A DNA stretch of 64,000 nt from assembly GCF_009914755.1 (NCBI RefSeq), contig NC_060931.1. One strand, 5' to 3'. Numbering within the stretch: position 1 is the first letter of the stretch; the number at the start of each line of letters is the position of its first letter. This stretch comes from the human T2T-CHM13v2.0 reference genome, Homo sapiens. The notes under the pieces are model-generated. The model did no database searches. It saw only the letters and a list, made by a program, of their open reading frames with translations, and had not been told where the DNA came from. Both the position numbers and the translations under genes were made by a program. Shown one piece after another: positions 1 to 15,226 of this stretch.

Positions 1-128
1 GGAGGCTGAGGCAGCAGAATCACTTAAATCCAGGAGGCGGAGGTTGCAGTGAGCTGAGATGGCACCACTGCACTCTAGCCTGGGCAATAGAGCGAGACTC
101 CGTCTCAAAAAACAAAACAAAACAAAAA
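1..128 (+). mobile_element. Alu (S-type) 3' part with A-rich tail
   Basis: ggaggctgaggcag...gcactctagcctgggc...ctccgtctcaaaaaacaaaac. Confidence 0.93.
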
Positions 129-429
129 CCGGGTGTAACAGAAGCTGGTGAAGATGTGGAGAAAGGGGTACTCTTGTACACTGTTGGTGGGATTGTAAAT
201 TAGTACAGCCACTATGGAAAACGGATGTTTCTCAAAAAGCTAGAAATTGAAATAGCATATGATCCAGCAATTCACTTCTTGGATATATATCCAAAAGAAA
301 GGAAATCAGTATGTCAAAGAGATACCTGCAGTCCCATGTTTATTGCAGCACTGTTCATAATAGCCAAAATTTAGAATCAATTTAAGTACCCATCAGTTGA
401 TGAATGCGTAAAGAATATGTGGTATATAT

Positions 430-787
430 TGCAGAGATGAACAGAAAACTTCCCCTTCATCCTTGAAAGGTTGACAGAAAAATTAACTGACAAATGGCAG
501 ATTAATAAGAGAAAAGGCATAAGAAATGTATTATTAACGTGCACAGGAGAACTACAGAGTGATTACCCAATATCTCAGTGGGGTTAAGAAGCTTATATAT
601 GATCTTGAGGTTACAGAAAGATTGGGGTCTTGGATCCTGGCAAAACAAGTTATGGTGGAGAAACAAGTTGTGGGACGGGGAAAAGAGGAATTTTCTTGAG
701 GGTAATACATGATTACTAGGGAGAATGATTGAATCAGGGAACAGAGGTTAATTTGTAAATAGTTCTCTTTGGAATTTGAATGTTCCA
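430..787. mobile_element. ERV1-class LTR-like insertion inside the L1
   Basis: Non-L1 block (attaactgacaaatggcagattaataagagaaaaggcat...) splitting the L1 phrase gtggtatatat|acaatggaat. Family not certain. Confidence 0.5.
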
Positions 788-985
788 CAATGGAATGTTT
801 TTCAGTGATGAAAAAGAATGTTCTGTTATTTGCAGCAACATGGATGGAACTGGAGGTCATTATGTTGAGTGAAATAAGCCAAGTACAGAAAGACATATAT
901 TGCATATTCTCACTCATATATGGGAGTTTAAAAAGTGGATCTCAAAGATACAGAGTAGATTGGTGGTTACCAGAGGCTGGGAAGG

Positions 986-1247
986 TCACGCAGGCTGCAG
1001 TGTACTGCACACTGCACAGCTTATTGTAACCTTGACCTCCTGGGCTCAGGCAATCCTTTGTCTCAGCCTCCCAAGTAGCTGGGACCACAGGTGCGTGCCA
1101 TCATGTCTGGCTAATTTTTAAAATTGTTTGTAGAGATGGAGTCTCCCTATATTGCCCAGGCTGGTGTTGAATTCCTGGGCTCAAGCAATACTCTTCCTTT
1201 GGCCTCCCAAAGTGCTGGGATTACAGGCGTGAGCCACCATGCCTGGC
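986..1247 (-). mobile_element. AluJ, tail missing
   Basis: cctcctgggctcaggcaatcc...cctcccaaagtgctgggattacaggcgtgagccacc. Confidence 0.9.
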
Positions 1248-1644
1248 TGAGGTTTATTAATAGGTACAAATATACCAGTTAAATAGAATAAATAAGATCT
1301 AATGTTTGACAGATAGTTAGGGTGACTATAGTTAACAATCTGTTGTGTATTTCAGAATAGTCAGAAGAGAATAATTTGAATGTTCCTGGCACAAAGAAAA
1401 GAAAAATAAATTTAAGGTGGTAGATATTCCAGTGACCCTGATTTGATCTTTACATATTACATGAAGGTATCAAATTATCACATGTACCCTGAAAATATGT
1501 ACAGCTATTATGTATCAATTTTAAAAAGCCATGGGGAGAATCAGGGATTGTTGACCTGATAGGACTTTGATCATTCATCCCTAAGCCATTCGTTTTTCAG
1601 AGAAGAAAATCGAGACTAACAGAAGAAAGAAAAGGAAATGTTTT

Positions 1645-1964
<320 letters not shown>

Positions 1965-2185
1965 AGGAAATGTTTTGTCTAAGCTCATGTGGTTAGTTTG
2001 CAGCAAAGTCAGGCCTAGAACCTAAGTCTTCATGTTCCTACCTTAATATTCTTTTTTTTCTTTCAAAGCTTGTTTATTTTTATTTTTAAATTTTTATTTC
2101 AATAGGTTTTTGGGAAACAGTTGGTATTTCCTGAGTAAGTTCTTTAGTGGCTATTTCTGAGATTTTCGTGCATCCATCCCCCTAG

Positions 2186-2585
<400 letters not shown>

Positions 2586-3235
2586 CATTGTATCATTCTT
2601 AATGCCTTTGCGTCCTCATAGTTTAGCTCCCACTTATGAGTGAGAACATACTTTTGGCTTTCCATTCCTGAGTTACTTCACTTAGAATAATGATGTCCAA
2701 TTCCATCCAGATTGCTGCAAATACCATTATTTCATTCCTTTTTATGGTGGAGTAGTATTCCATGGTGTGTGTGTATGTGTATATATATATATATGTATAC
2801 ATACACACACACCACATTTTCTTTATCCACTTATTGATGAGCATTTGGACTGGTTCCATATTTTTGCTATTGCAAATTGTGCTGCTATAAACATGCGTGT
2901 ACAAGTATCTTTTTTGTATAGTGACTTCTTTGCCTCTGGGTAGGTACCTGGTAGTGGGATTGCTGGATCCAATGGTAGATGTACTTTTAGTTCTTTAAGG
3001 AATCTCCAGTGTTTTCCATAGTGGTTGTACTAGTTTACATTCCCACCAGCAGTGTAAAAGTATTCCCTTTTCACCACATCCATACCCATATCTATTATTT
3101 TTTTACTTTTTATTATGGTCATTCTTGCAGGGGTGAAGTGGTGCTGCATTGTGGTTTTGATTTGCATTTCCCTGATCATTAGTGATGTTGAGCATTTTTT
3201 TCATGTTTATTGGCCATTCGTATATCTTCTTTTGA

Positions 3236-3580
<345 letters not shown>

Positions 3581-6039
3581 CTTAGCCCACTTTTTGAAGG
3601 GATTTTTTTCTTTCTTGCTGATTTATTTGAAATCCTTGTAGATTCAGGATATTAGTCCTTTGTCAGATGTGTAGATTATGAAGATTTTCTGCCACTCTGT
3701 GGGGTGTCTGTTAATTCTGCTGATTATTTCTTTTGCTGTGCAGAAGCTTTTTAGTTTAATTAAGTCCCATCTATTTATCTTTTTTTTTGTTGCACTTGCT
3801 TTTGGGTTCTTGTTCATGAAGTCTTTGCCTAAGCCAATGTCTAGAAGGGTTTTTCCAATGTTATCTTCTAGAACTTTTATGGTATCAGGTCTTAGATTTA
3901 AGTCTTTGATTCATCTTGAGGTGATTTTTGTATAAGGTGAGCGATGAGGATCTAGTTTCATTCTTACTCATGTGACTTGCCAATTATCCCAGCACCATTT
4001 GTTGAATAGGGTGTCTTTTCCACACTTTATATTTTTGCTGTGCTTTGTCCAAGATCAGTCGACTGTAAGTATTTGGCTTTATTTCTGGGTTCTTCATTCT
4101 GTTTCATAGGTCTATATGCCTGTTTTTATACTAGTACCAAGCTGTTTTGGTGACTGTGGCCTTATAGTATAGTTTGAAGTCAGGTAATGTGAATCTCCAG
4201 ATTTGTTCTTTTTGCTTAGTTTTGCTTTGGCTATGCAGGCTCTTTTTAGGTTCCATATGAATTTTTTGGTTGTTTTTTTCTAGTTCTGTGAATAATGATG
4301 GTGGTATTTTGATGGGAATTGCATTGAATTTGTAGATTGCTTTCGGCAGTATGGTCATTTTCTCAATGTTGATTCTACCCATCCATGAGCATGGGATGTG
4401 TTTCCATTTGTTTGTGTTATCTGTGATTTCTTTCAGCAGTGTTTTGTAGTTTTCCTTGTAGAGGTTTTTCACCTCCTTGGTTAAGTGTATTCCTAAGTAT
4501 TTTTTTATTTTTTTATTTTTACAGCTACTGTAAAAGTGGTTGAGTTCTTCATTTGCTTCTCAGCTTGGTCGCTGTTGGTGTATAGCAGGGCTACTAATTT
4601 GCGTACATTAATTTTGTATCCTAAAACTTTGCTGAATTCATTTACCACTCCTGGGAGCTTTTTGGATGAGTCTTTAGGGTTTTCTAGGTATATGATCATG
4701 TCATCAGCAAACACTTGACAGTTTGACTTCCTCTTTACCGATTTGAATGCCCTTTATTTCTTTCTCTTGTCTGATTGCTGTGGCTAGGATTTCCAGTACT
4801 ATGTTGAATAGAAGTGGTGAAAGTGGGCATCCTTGTCCTGTTCTCAGGGTAAATGCTTTCAACTTTTCCTCGTTCAGTATAATGTTGGCTGGGGGTTTGT
4901 CAGAGATGGCTTTTATTACCTTAAGTATGTCCCTTCTATGCCAATTCTTTTGAAGAGATGAATAAAATTGATAGACCATTGGTGAGATTAAGCAAGAGAA
5001 GAAGAGAGAAGATCCAAATAAGCTCAATTAGAAACGAAATAGGAGATATTACAACTGATACCACAGAAATACAAAAGATAATTCAAGGCTACTTTGAACC
5101 CCTTTACACACATAAACTAGAAAACCTAGAAGAGATGGATGAATTCCTGGAAATATACAACCATCCTAAATTAAACTAGGAAGAAATTGAAAGTCTGAAC
5201 AGATTGAAATGGTAATTAAAAAGTTACCAACAAAAAAAAGTCCAGGACCAGATAGACTCACAGCTGAATTCTATCAGACATTCAAAGAAGAATTGGTACC
5301 AATCCTATTGACCCTATTCCAAAAAATAAAGAAGGAATCCTCCCTAAATTATTCTGTGAAGCCAGTATCACCCTAATGCCCAAACCAGGAAACAATATAA
5401 CAAAAAAATAAAACTACAGATCAATATCTCTGATGAACGTAGATACAAAAATTCTCAGTAAAATATTAGCTAACTGAATCCAACAGCATGTCCAAAAAGA
5501 TAATTCACCATGAACAAGTGGGTTTCATACCAGGGATGCAGGGATGGTTTAACATATGCAAGTAAATAAATGTGATACACCATATAAACAGAATTAAAAA
5601 TGAAAATCACATGATCATTTCAATAGATGCAGAAAAAACATTTGACAAAATCCAGCACCCCTTTATGATTAAAAACCTACCTTAATATTCCTAAATAGAG
5701 GCAACTTCAGACTGGGAAAATGCTTGGTAAATTCTTACTAAATATATGCCCCAAACATGGCAATCTTTTAGCATATATGTTTTGTGGGAGGGAGAAGGGA
5801 AGGCATTACAAGTCTCCCTCTGATGATTATCATTTACATTTACAATAGTATTTTAACATTTTCATTCAAAACATCTTGGAAATATTTTTAAGTAAGCAAA
5901 TAGAAAAAAAGAACTTTTCTGGATACAATTTCATACTGAAACCAGTAATTCACTCTGATGCTGAAAGGTAGGCTTTTGTCTTTTGTTTATACATTCCTCC
6001 TCTCAGAGGAGGGTCACTGAAGACTGTTACCTACTTAGA

Positions 6040-6260
6040 TGATGCCAGGCACTGATCTAAAGCACTTTGCATGCTAACTCATTTACTCTTCCCCACCGTA
6101 CAACAGGGTCATTGCTAATGGTTGTTTCCTTTTTACTTACAGGTAGGCTCAATAGGTAGAATAGGCCAGTTAGTAACCTGCCTTCAGTCACACAGCTAGC
6201 AATGGAGGAGCAGGGTTGGAACCCAGGCCATCTTGTGCAGGCAGCCTGCACTCTGTCACT
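6040..6260 (-). mobile_element. MIR
   Basis: tgccaggcactg...agcactttgcatg...cagtcacacagctagcaatggaggagcagggttggaacccagg. Confidence 0.65.
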
Positions 6261-7699
6261 CATTTCACTGCCTCTGTGGTCAGCTGTTTTTCTAGCCTGC
6301 TGTACAAATGGTAGGTCTGGACTTTATTCTAGCAGTAGCGTGGTGTAGATTCACAGGCTATAAATTAATTACCTCCGTGTGGGTTGTTTCCTTTCACTCT
6401 GGTGAGCTAGGCCTAATGGTTGTTTTCCTTTTTAACTCAAAGATGGGGAAGCCCCAACAGCAATAAAGGGATTTCCCTAGAGCCTGGCTGCCTTTGCAGA
6501 TCTGGGCTGGTGAGGTTTTCTGTGCCCCTGCTGAACCGGATGATCATTGCTGGGCTATCTTATGGTACATTTGTCTTGCAGCATTCTCAGGAAGCAGAGG
6601 ATGCTTCCGACTGATAGGAAACTTTGAGCAAAGGAAAACCTCTCCTGTAGGAACATTTTGAAAGGTCTCTCTCAAAATGCTGGTCTGTAGTGAGAGCTAA
6701 ATAACTACAGTGTGTACAGCTTTAGGCTCCTGCTTTAGAGCTTGTTGACATGCCTAGCCTTTAGGGACTCAGCTTTGCCAGGCCTCGAAATGAACCCAGG
6801 GTAAGGTTTCTATTCAGCCACTATCCTTTTCTGCTGAGTGCATTTCAGGGAGAGGCAGCATTGAGGTAAAGGATCAGGTGCTCTGCAAAATAGTTGTGTG
6901 CATGGAAATGCTTAGCAGTTTGCTTCCTGGCCCCAGGGAGATAATTACCTAACTGCTCTCACCTAAGCAATGTCCTAGGAGCCTGCCATGGACATTTAAA
7001 GTACACGGCTGACCCTGGGGAAATTGATTATTTGGGGGCCTCAGGATTTCTATGCTGGAGACTAAAATTATCAAATTAAATTTGATTTCTTTGGAAGAGA
7101 GAGCTAAAAACAAAGAAAAACCCTGATGTTTCCTCTGTAAAGAAAAAGTCAATTAACTGAACAGATATACAATGTACTTAAAAATAAACAGGTGTATATT
7201 TTATTAGATATCCCTAATACTTCTTAGTTCACAAGGTGAAAGCTAGCAATGACTTTGTTATACCATCTAGCTCACTCTTCCCTTTTAGTTCCTATGCCTA
7301 TACCCATCCATCCAGCTTTTTCCCTTGCTTAATTTCAAGATACCCCTCTGCCTGCTTGGCACAAGCCTTCCCATCCCAGTCCAGTTCCATCCACAAGAAC
7401 TGCACCTGTCATCACAGTCCAGACCTGCCAAGTTAGTCTTATCTGCTAGCAAAGACATGCCCAGCCTCTGCAGGGAGTGTTTATTATAGTGGAGAAAATC
7501 TCTGGATTTTGCTTCGCTTTTGAGAGTGGTAAGGTGGATATGTGCAGAAAATGCTCCCCTTAATTATCTCAAAATGTTGATAGAATGCATACAATTCTGT
7601 ATGTTGCATTGACATTTATACATAGATTCCTATATCCCTATTAAAATGTGTGTGTATGTATTTCATTGGATATAGGGATCAATACACATTTTAATAGGA

Positions 7700-7790
7700 T
7701 ACAGGATATGTATATTTGTGTATATGTATATAGATATACATATATGTACATATATATGCATGTGTGTGTGTGTGTATATATATATATAAC
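7700..7790. repeat. (TA)/(TG) low-complexity microsatellite
   Basis: tatatgtatatagatatacatatatgtacatatatatgcatgtgtgtgtg... Confidence 0.85.
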
Positions 7791-7974
7791 AGAGGTATTT
7801 TTAAGAGGCATCCAGAGCATAATTTTTAGAAGTCAGAATCAAGAACAGGAAATGGAGAAAATCAGAATGGTAAATAAAATAATTAATTCATGGATTAAAT
7901 GTAAAAGAAGTGTGTTTTTGGGAAAGTGGTAGCAGATGACGATTGAATAGGAATGAGTTATAACAAAAGATCTA

Positions 7975-8180
7975 TTTATTGAGTTACCACTCCATGCCAG
8001 GTGTACTATATTAAGCACTTTGCATATATTATTTCATTTAGTTCTGATTGAAATTCTGAGTGGTGGGTATGACCAGTGTCTTTATATTGCTAAGTAAAAA
8101 CAGACACAAAGTTTAAATAATTTGGCCAAGGTTATATAGCAGTTAAATCATGAGATTTGAACCCAGATCTCTCTGACCTT
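7975..8180 (-). mobile_element. MIR
   Basis: tttattgagttaccac...aataatttggccaaggttatatagcag...gatttgaacccagatctctctgac. Confidence 0.65.
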
Positions 8181-9398
8181 GCCTTCCATCACCTCTTATT
8201 CAAAAGTAAAGGAGCGGAGTTGAAGATTGCTATGTCTCCTTTCATTCCTTTTTCATCCATCTCAAGAAGTTGAACAGCACTCAGGTAGCACTTTAATTGA
8301 TAGCCATATGGATCACCCAAAATAATGGTGATTCTGGAACGAAGAGTGGAAAAAGACACAGGGAAACTTGATTAGAAGGGCTCTTGGGGGATTGGGGTGG
8401 GAAGCAGCCCATAAATGTCAAGCTGTGTCATCTCTGAAGCACCTTGTCTCTTGACTCTAGAATAAAGAATGAGAGAGATGCTGTGAGGGCCAGATGGCTG
8501 GGGAGCCTGCAGACAATGAGAGGAAATAGGCTCATTTAACCTTGTCAAATTACAGCTTCTTGTGTTCACCACGGAAGTAAATGATCTTCTGCAGGGGACC
8601 CCGTGTCAGGCAAAGAAAGTAGATTGATACCTCTCGTGGACTGATTGTGGATTTCAGCATTTGGGTAGAACAGATTAATGATAAGATATGGCAGAAGTGA
8701 AGAAGGTGAATGAGCTAATGGCGGATAAAGGGACAAAACTGCCATTTTGGCTTTTTCAGCTTGCATTTCAGCACAAATTGAGAGACTTGAAAGTCATATA
8801 GTTGCAGTGCTGAGGCAGGAATGCTCAGAAGCAATCCACTTTAAATCAGTAAAGACCTAAGGACTAGGCATTCAGAAAACTTGTGACTTACCTACGAAAC
8901 TTTGCTAGGTAAGGATGGAGTGAAGACTAGAATTTAAATTTCCACCACTCTGCCCTAGCATCTTTCTGCCTCTCATAAGGTTTGCCTGGGAAGGTGGATA
9001 GCAGCAGGGTGTAGCGGTTGATATTTTCATTTTAACAGACACACAGAAGTGGGTCAGGTAGATAAGAAGGAGAGAGTGGGGAGAGGGAAAGAGAAAAGAA
9101 AAAGGAAAAGAAAGAGAGAAGAGGAAGACTGCAACCTTCTTTGGAGGAAACATTTTTTCTTTTTCTAATTGGCCATGGGTTAGGCCAGATTTGTCCAGCC
9201 TAGAACATAGACCAATGCTTAGCACATTTATCATTATATTTCATTTGTGTGATCGTTTATTGTCTTCTTCCTCTTTAGAATAGGCAGGAACCATATCTGT
9301 GTTTCTGTGTGCTACTGTATATGAAATGCCAGGGTAAATACTTAGAAAATATTTGTCAAATGCACATAAGATCCAAGGAATGAATGAATGAAACTGAC

Positions 9399-9480
9399 TG
9401 CATCAGAATTATCTGGGAGCTTGTTTAAAATGATAGATTCTGAGCACCACCCAGACCAACTGAATTAGAATCTCTAGAGG
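9399..9480. mobile_element. MER5-type (hAT-Charlie) fragment
   Basis: gcatcagaattatctgggagcttgtttaaaatg...cccagaccaactgaattagaatctct. Confidence 0.6.
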
Positions 9481-10946
9481 AGGGACCTAGAGGACAGCTG
9501 GCAGGGCTTGGGATGAATGACACAGGCTGGCTTTTCCCAATTCTCAGTGGTCTCCAGGGCTTTGTTCAGGAGAGTTACCCTCCCTTTTAGGCCATAGTAG
9601 TTAATGCTGCGGTGGAAAATCTCATCCTGTGAACTTAGAGACACTGAGGTGGGGATGGACCATTGGCTGTTGACCTTGAAGAGAGCCTTACTTCCCTGTG
9701 TTTTCTTAAAGTCTCGGCAACAGGTGGCCACAAAGGCGGGTGGAAGGGCAGAGTGCCAGTTTACATAGCCCCCGCAACTGTTGAGGGGAACAGGTGGCTG
9801 CAGAGGGATTGGCTGAGATCTAGGAAGCAGGAGGCCAAGACCCACTCAGTTGCTATTCCATATTCCTAAACAAAATATACAGAAACCAAGAATGTAAAAA
9901 AAAAAAAGTTTGATCTGTCATGAGGAATTAGGAAGGACTTTGAAAGAGTCAATATGGTAAAAAGAATATACTTTAGGATCAAAAAAGAAACTAAAAATGT
10001 TACAGGTATTACTGTAACACATGCCAACTGCCTGGGTTTATCTTCTTAAGCCCAGATAATCCCTTTTGCCAAAAAAAAAAAAACTGTTTACCACCAGATA
10101 TATTTTTGAAGACTTGGAGCAGGTGTTGATTTGGCAATCTTTCTATCTAGGAGTAGACTGCCATAAAGTTTCGTATTCCTTCTTCAGTCTCTGCCATCAC
10201 TGTATCTATCCTCCTGTGACATCATTGTCTACTTTAATTCTTAAGAAGCACTTAGCCAGTTTCAAGCTTTGACATCTTTCTATTTCCCATGGGTTTAATG
10301 GTGTTGGTGTGGAATTACTAAGCTTTTGCTGTGTGGAAATCTGGAGGCATTTTTGAGTGTGATAATAGGGCATAGGGAAATTCCTGACACATGGAGTGTT
10401 TTATGTATAGAATATGCAATTCAAAAGAAGAGGAGGACTTATTGGATAGGAAGAACCTAGGCATCTTGAACAAAGAGTCTACTTTTAGGTCTGCAAGATT
10501 GATGGAAAGGCCTTGTTTATTGTTCCTTTGTCTGATTTTTGTTCCCTGCAGGTAAATATGAGACAAGTTTGAAGCTTAGGCCAGCTGGAAACCTGGGTCT
10601 CTGCCCCCAGCTCCCAGCCCCAGTGCTCCTTGGTTATCCTTTCTGCTTCTGTCAAATAATAATGAAGGAGCTCACTGGGCATTGGTAACTGGGTCCTTGC
10701 CAAATGGATCTTTGTTTTAAATACGATCTGGGCCCTGAGTATAGCTTCTGGCCCTTCTGCCTTGTAAGATATAGGTCCAAACCACTTCCTCAGCCCTCTC
10801 ATTCCCAATTCCATCCCCACCTCCCTTATTCCCAGAAGATATACCTAACCTGCACCTCCACTGAGATCAGTGTCACCCAGTTTTTATCCAGTTATTGCCT
10901 TCTAACCTGGGAAACAGCTCATATCACACTCTACTTTCCAAAATAG

Positions 10947-11368
<422 letters not shown>

Positions 11369-13762
11369 TAATTTGTACTCTTTCCCACCATCAGTTTCTC
11401 TCTTTCCACTGGATTTTTTTCCCCTAACACAAACATGTGTGAACCTCTCTTTTTCATAAAAAACAAAATGAACACAAAACCTTTTATTGATCCCACTGTT
11501 GATTTAGACAATCTCCTGTTACATCAACCAGGCCAGCCCTTATCATCCACCCAGTCAACCTTCCAAATATCCTTCCATTCAGTCTTCTAGTCATCCCTCC
11601 CTTTCTCTCTCCATCTCTTCATCCAACATCAACTGAATGCTTACAGTGATCTTATTTTACACATTAGAAAACTAAGCCCCAAGGAATCAAGAAAAGCAAC
11701 CAAGGTCACATAGCCCAGCTATCTAGTTTAAAGGGGTTTTGCCTTTAAACTAAATGGTAAGGTTCCTGTTGACTTCCTAAATCCCAAACCAGCTTGATAC
11801 TTTTTAGTTCTCGTCTTACTTGACCCTCTCAGGGGCAGAGCATCAACAGGAAAAAAGCGCAGGAGAGGTTAAGTTTTTAAGACTATGAAATGCATATTTA
11901 TATTTTAATTTTTTGGTTGTCAGACCAAAAACTGTTTTGTTCCACTGTGACAGGCCCACTGAGCTACTAGCATGTCCAAGAAGTGCTTTTAAAATCTAAA
12001 TTTGTTTATGAGAGCTTTGCTGTTTACATTGTAGGTATGCACCAGGGAAAAGAATTCAAAGTGACACCAAATATGTGCGCATTAAATAACACCATCTGCC
12101 CATTTGGATCTGTGCAGCTCTTTTAAAATACTGTGAGGTGCTCGCCCAAAGCCTGACATATTTCAGGATAAGGGAAAGATTTTTATGTTAAGACCCTACA
12201 TGAAGACACTGTTTGAAGTTTCAGAAGGCTTTGAGTTCTTCCCTTCTTTCTTTCCTAGTTGTTCATTCAATATTTATTAGAAGGACGGGGTCCTTTTTTA
12301 TTCTAGTGCCCCCTGTACACAGCAGAGGTCCATCTTTATACTTATGTTCTCTGTACACAGCAGGGGCTGTACTATTGCAGTGATATGACAGACCTGAGAA
12401 GGCCCTCCTTTTCCTCCCCAAGCAGCTGCATGAATAACCCAGTCTTTACTGAGGTCTATTATTACTGCATTAGAAATACTGGGTAGAAGGTCTATCACCT
12501 ATTACAAAGCAAATGTCCAGTTAATATGAGTCATTTTTTACCTTAGGATGAATAATCTGGTCCCATTTGATAGACTACTACTTCTGAATTGGTTTTTATA
12601 ACTAGGAAAGCACAGAGGGACAGTGTCAGAGGGCACTTGGAAGTAAAGATTTGAAAAAAGGAATGATAGGCTACATCTGTCTGTTTATACGAAGCAAGGG
12701 AGCTATAAAGTCTTGATAGAGGGCCTTGGTAAGATAGTGACAGAGAGTAGGGGCTTTAGGCTAAGTGACTATTTAATTAGCTCTGTGACTTTGGTCAGGT
12801 CATTGTAACTTGATGGGTAGTTCTCATTCTGCATCTGTAAGTGGACTCTACATAGTCCTTTAAGGTCCTTTTTAGCGCTGACACTTTATGATTCTGCTGG
12901 AAGAACTGAGAAATCTGAAGAAACCCAGGGTTTGTGTGTGTGTGATGGGTACAGGCATGCCAGGAGCCTGTGAGAGGTATTATGGATCTGTGACATAGAC
13001 TTGTAGTGGCAGGGGCTAAGTCTGTAATCCTGGAGCACCGCTTGTGATTGGTGTGGAACATGTAGTGCTGTGTGATGGAATCAATGAACTAAGGACTGGC
13101 AGGTGCTCCAGCAGCACAATATAGAAAGCAGAAAAATGACTTGGGGCACAGAATTTTCTGGGTCCTTTGGAGTCTTCTCTTCTAATAAATGCAAAGCCAT
13201 GAATCTATTGAGGGCCTTGTTGAGTGGTCAGGATTGTACAGTGAGCAGTACCCTTCATCATGATGATTTACAGTACTTTCTACCAACTGTCTAGTAACAG
13301 GCAAAATGCTGTAGTAACCTGAATTATAGACTGGCATAAAGTGGGGTGCCTCATGGCAGCATGTGAGGTGTGCTGCCCATGGGAGGGATGTGCATCATTA
13401 ACATAGTAAATGGCAGCTTTGCTATTACTTTTGAAAACCAACTGCAGCAGGCACCGACTTAGGTGTTTTACATGGGGTTAGTATGAAAATTCAGGACCCT
13501 TGAGATAAATAACAAATATGATTTCCACTTACAGTTGAAGAAACCGACGTTCAGATAATAACTCACCTGGGGTTATAGACTCCCTTCTAGATCCATGGTG
13601 TGTAAATTTATCATTCCTGAGCTTTCTTCTTTTATGCAAAATCCCATTCCTAGTCATTCCAAATGTTACAGATTAGTCTTGTCCTTTCTTAACTTGATAG
13701 TATATTCCCCCGTCTCTGCCCAGAGAAAATACTTGGATGTTTTAACATGTGATAATTCACGA

Positions 13763-13996
13763 TAGGTTGAGCACTTTAAAAATTTGAAAATCTGAAATCT
13801 TAAGTGCTCCAAAATCTGAAACTTTTTGAGTGCTGACCTGACACTCAAAGGAAGTGCTCATAGGAGCATTTTGGATTTTGGATTTTTGGATTAGGGATGC
13901 TCAGCCAGTGTGATACACATATTCCAAAATCTGAAAATATTCAAAATCCAAAACATTTCTGGTTCCAAGCATTTCATGTAAGGGATACTCAACCTA
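13763..13996. mobile_element. Tigger4a/MER46-type MITE
   Basis: Terminal inverted repeats taggttgagca...tactcaaccta and internal ccaaaatctgaaa/ttttggattttgg repeats. Confidence 0.75.
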
Positions 13997-15226
13997 TAGT
14001 CAAAAAGAGTAACTACCTGGGATTAAATCAAGGTGTCCTGTTATAGGATTGGAAACATTTCGTTTGATTAATACTTCCTTCTGGTCATTCATAAATGTTC
14101 CTTATATCTTTTTAGAAATCTTTAATAGAACAAAACAGGGAAAACATCAGTTTTAAAATTATATCCCAAAGTCCATTCCAGGGTAGATAATCTTGTTTTT
14201 ATGGAATAAGTAAGGGTAAAGGTAATTCTATGTTAATTGCACATTTTATGTTATAAAAATGTAGCTATCCTATGAGACTCTGGGATATGATTGATTCTTA
14301 AATTTCTTCTGTGGAATGATTTGTGACTGCCTAAGGAAACCCCCAGTCAGGGAGGAGAGAAAAAGATGTGGGGGAGAACCGCTTTGAGCAGTGGTAGGAA
14401 GTGTTCACTGTAGAGAGGCAGAGATCCCAGGTAAGAAGGGTTGGGGGAGGTCACTTGCTTTTCCAGTGCTTAGGAGGTCCTGACTTCAGTCTAATCATGT
14501 AAGCATCATTGTTCTTTCATTACTGAAAGTTACTTCTTTTCCCTTTTGTAATTCACAGTACATAACAATTAGTAGGCTTGTGAACTAGGAAACATTAATG
14601 GTGTACAACAGATGCTTGTGTTTATAGAGCACTTCTCTGCAAGTGGAATAATGCTGAACCTCAGTGGCTGGGTGCTATCCATGTGGGAAACGGGATACAG
14701 CTCATTCTTTTGTTCTGTAAAACCAGTATTTCCTTAAGGAGGTCTTACCAAGCACCCCCACTCCTTCCTGCCCCGCCCCTACCCCGATTTTGCTCTTAAG
14801 CATTTTACAGAGGTATGGTTTTTATCAGAATATAAAGTGCAAAGAACTGGAATATTTCATAAGCCGTATTTCAAAAACTGACTTATTTATATACATTTCT
14901 GGAATTGTCTTTCAGCTATGGTGATTTTGTTATTTGAATATTATATATAAATTTGGAGAAAAATTATATTGAGCAGTTCTTAACAGTGTTCTTTTATCCA
15001 TGATTGATGTTATAGTTTTTTGAAACCAGTATTAAGCAGAGAAAACCACACTGAGAATTTTAAATGTTATTATTAAATTTACTAAAATCTAATTTTTAGA
15101 ATAAACAGTTTTTGAAATAAAATATACTTAAGGTGGAATTAGTAAATGTAACATGTTTTATGGGCATGTGTACAGAAGTCGTAAATGATAACAGTGACCA
15201 TAAACACGCTTATTTTTCTGTTCTAG

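Larger units (their letters stand above)
130..1530 (+). mobile_element. L1MA-type 3' end, interrupted by an LTR fragment and an AluJ
   Basis: Typical L1 3' motifs (gatccagcaattcacttctt, tttattgcagcactgttcataatagcc, gcaacatggatggaactggaggtcattatg) resume after each insertion. Confidence 0.85.

Noticed and set aside
14750-14790. C-rich/G4-like tract (also ~60515-60536)
   Set aside because: Short and common, with no CpG island or promoter context.
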